This document shows, in pieces, positions 31,606 to 32,000 of a DNA stretch of 32,000 nucleotides. The notes under the pieces were generated by a model. It did no database searches and was not told the DNA's origin. It saw nothing but the letters and a program-made list of their open reading frames with translations. Source of the DNA: Salinicoccus sp. HZC-1. Lineage in GTDB: Bacteria; Bacillota; Bacilli; Staphylococcales; Salinicoccaceae. Each line of letters opens with the position of its first letter. Position 1 is the first letter of the stretch. The stretch is taken from the NCBI RefSeq assembly GCF_046736035.1, contig NZ_CP177130.1, positions 10,954 to 42,953 of the forward strand. The letters run 5' to 3'. The position numbers were made by a program, and so were the translations under genes.

Positions 31606-32000
31606 TCATTCTAGTTGGACAACAAAATCTTTTTCAGAATGTGTAGATAAAATTATTGATCATCGTGGAAAGACCCCTAAAAAGTTAGGTTTAGAATGGG
31701 GGAATGGTAATATACTGGCTCTGTCAGCTAACAATGTAAAAAAAGGGAAAATTGACACCTCAATAGAAGCATATTATGGATCTGATGAACTTTATGACAA
31801 ATGGATGACTAACGGAAAAGTCAATAAAGGCGATGTCATTATGACTATGGAAGCACCTCTGGGCAATGTCACTCAAATCCCTGACACTAAAAAATATATA
31901 TTAAGTCAAAGAGTTGCGGCCTTTAAAACAATAGAAGATATAGACGATGATTATTTTAAGTATTATCTCTCTTCTAGTAAATTTCAAAATTTGCTTGATA
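31595..32000 (+). CDS. hsdS: type I restriction-modification specificity subunit S, 3'-truncated by the window edge
   Basis: The frame is open from ATGATG (31595/31598), overlapping the hsdM stop, to the end of the window. The translation [30 protein letters not shown]...[12 protein letters not shown]...[11 protein letters not shown] is a typical HsdS target-recognition domain. It is absent from the ORF track because it has no stop in the window. Confidence 0.88.
   Translation, partial: MMSNHSSWTTKSFSECVDKIIDHRGKTPKKLGLEWGNGNILALSANNVKKGKIDTSIEAYYGSDELYDKWMTNGKVNKGDVIMTMEAPLGNVTQIPDTKKYILSQRVAAFKTIEDIDDDYFKYYLSSSKFQNLLD

Overview
The window is an origin-proximal chromosomal segment of a Staphylococcaceae/Bacillales-type Firmicute. 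The gene order matches the S. aureus oriC-proximal region as I recall it. Protein families were recognised by eye from motifs; no searches were run.

Left to right:
- hutU (5' end cut by the window edge) and hutI.
- A serine T-box leader followed by serS.
- yybS-gdpP-rplI-dnaB.
- A PurBox-like palindrome followed by purA.
- A nine-gene minus-strand sulfate-assimilation/siroheme operon: cysH-cysJ-cysI-sumT-sirB-sirC-tauE-sat-cysC.
- A tnpB-only IS200/IS605-family element with recognisable left and right subterminal hairpins.
- tRNA-Glu and tRNA-Asp.
- walR-walK-yycH-yycI-yycJ.
- A DnaA-box cluster.
- A divergent acidic orphan gene and rlmH (orfX).

The most interesting region starts at the rlmH stop codon. 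The 3' end of rlmH carries a near-exact copy of the staphylococcal SCC integration-site sequence. AT-rich cargo begins 39 bp later: a 347-aa PIN-like (DUF4935-type) protein with an unassigned C-terminal half, then type I R-M hsdM and a 3'-truncated hsdS. No hsdR, ccr recombinase or second att repeat lies inside the window, so the island boundary and full content are unresolved.

No CRISPR array, rRNA or obvious pseudogene was seen.
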